64,000 bases of DNA from Squalus acanthias. Its lineage: Eukaryota. Location of the stretch: assembly GCA_030390025.1 (NCBI GenBank), contig JASTWF010000368.1:248001-312000 (forward strand). Direction: 5' to 3'. The notes beneath the pieces were generated by a model. The model searched no databases, had not been told where the DNA came from, and worked only from the letters and a program-made list of their open reading frames with translations. Below are positions 62,193-64,000 of the stretch, piece after piece; position 1 is the first letter of the stretch, and every line of letters starts with the position of its first letter. The translations under genes and the position numbers were made by a program.

Positions 62193-63800
62193 AGTGGTAG
62201 CATAGTGGTAATGTTACTGGGCTAGTAACCCAGAGGCCTGGACTAATGATCCAGAGACGTGAGTTCAAATCCCACCACGGCAGCTGGGGAATTTAAATTC
62301 AGTTAATTAAATAAATCTGGAATAAAAAGCCAGTATCAGTAATGGTAACCATGAAAGTATCGGATTGTTGTAAAAACCCATCTGGTTCACTAATGTCCTT
62401 TAGGGAAGGAAATCTGCCGTCCTTACCTGGTCTGGCGTATATGTGACCCCAGACCCACAGCAATGTGGTTGACTCTTAACTGCCCTCCGAAATGGCCTAG
62501 CAAGCCACTCAGTTGTAACTAACCGCTACGAAACACAATAATAAGAATGAAACCGGACGGACCACCCGGCATTGACCTCGGCACCGGCTACGGACACGAC
62601 AACGGCACACCCAGCCCTGTTAACCCTACAAAGTCCTCCTCACCAACATCTGGGGACTTGTGCCAAAATTGGGAGAGCTGTCCCACAGACTAGTCAAGCA
62701 ACAGCCCGACATAGTCATACTCACAGAATCATACCTTTCAGCCAATGTCCCAAACTCCTCCATCACCATCCCTGGGTCTGTCCTGTCCCATCGGCAGGAC
62801 AGACCCACCAGGGGTGGTGGCACAGTGCTTTACAGTCGGAAGGGAGTGGCGCTGGGAGTCCTCAACCTTGACTCCGGACCCCGTGAAATCTCATGGGTTC
62901 AGGTCAAGCATGGGCAAGGAAACCTCCTGCTGATTACCACCTACCACCCTCCCTCAGCTGATGAATCGGTACTCCTCCATGTTGAACACCACTTGGAAGA
63001 CGCACTGAGGGGAGCAAGGGCACAGAATGTACTCTGGGTGGGGGACTTCAATGTCCATCACCAAGAGTGGCTCGGTAGCACCACTACTGACCGAGCTGGC
63101 CGAGTCCTGAAGGACATAGCTGCCAGTCTGGGCCTGCGACAGGTGGTGAGAGAACCAATACGAGGGAAAAACCTACTTGACCTCATCCTCACCAATCTAC
63201 CTGTCGCAGATGCATCTGTCCATGGCAGCATTGGTAGCAGTGACCACCGCACAGTCATTGTGGAGACAAAGTCCCGTCTTCACACTGAGGACACCCTCCA
63301 TCGTGTTGTGTGGCACTACCACCGTGCTAACTGGGATAGATTCAGAACAGATCTAGCAGCTCAAAACCGGGCATCCATGAGGCGCCGTGGGCCATCAGCA
63401 GCAGCAGAATTGTATTCCACCACAACCTGTAACCCCATGGCCCAGCATATCCCACACTCTACCATTACCATCAAGACAGGGGACCAACTCTGGTTCAATA
63501 AGGAGTGTAGAAGAGCATGCCAGGAGCAGCACCAGGCGTACCTAAAGATGAGGTGCCAACCTGGGGAAGCTGCAACACAGGATTACATGCATGCTAAAAA
63601 GCGGAAGCAGCATGCTATAGACAGGGCTAAGCAATCCCACAATCAACGGATCAGATCAAAGCTCTGCATGCCTGACACATCCAGTCGTGAATGGTGGTGG
63701 ACCATTAAACAACTAACGGGAGGAGGAGGCTCCATGAATATCCCCATCCTCAATGATGGTGGAGCCCAGCACACGAGTGCAAAAGAAGTGTTTGCAATCA
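62193..63800 (+). mobile_element. 5' part of a CR1/L2-group LINE: tRNA-like head followed by an APE endonuclease ORF
   Basis: A box at 62198-62208, B box at 62263-62271; ORF from 62660 with PDIVILTES, GDFN, LDL, SDH. Confidence 0.8.
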
Positions 63801-64000
63801 TCTGGGTGGGCGTGTGTGCTGCGAGGAGGATGCCGAGAAACTCCAGGATGATTTGGACAGGTTGGGTGATTGGGCAGAAGCGTGGCAGATGCAATATAAC
63901 GTGGATAAATGCGAGGTTATCCACTTTGGTGTCAAAAACAGAAAGGAAGATTATTATCTGAATGGCAATAGATTGGGAGAAGGGGAAGTGCAACGAGACC
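63801..64000 (+). mobile_element. CR1 RT fragment nested in the preceding LINE; runs off the right edge
   Basis: Close match to the CR1 segment at about 42142-42340. Confidence 0.85.

Overview
Eukaryotic, repeat-dense vertebrate DNA, most likely a cartilaginous fish (shark), judged from CR1 LINEs with (TTCTATGT)n tails, Deu-domain tRNA SINEs, Penelope, L2 and RTE elements. Two protein-coding genes lie on the minus strand. (1) TNKS1BP1 (Tab182)-like: 11 core coding exons with GT-AG sites and consistent phases (56465 to 25992; 4191 nt, about 1396 aa), one optional or alternative-first exon (49565-49960) and a 3'UTR exon with AATAAA at about 23520. (2) Coding exon 1 and the CpG-island promoter of a SERCA (ATP2A2-like) Ca2+-ATPase (ATG at 11047); the rest of that gene lies left of the window. 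Introns and intergenic DNA are filled by about 12 minisatellite or microsatellite families, nested CR1s and two inverted MITE copies. Best leads: a possibly separate SERCA paralogue next to TNKS1BP1 with a tandem-amplified GC/CRE/CCAAT promoter and an ERSE; a phase-compatible alternative first exon; two minimal Penelope hammerhead ribozymes; minisatellites that grew inside SINE and L2 sequence; and a 5.5-kb intron apparently free of AG. There are no prokaryotic systems or CRISPR arrays. Protein comparisons are from memory, not from database searches.
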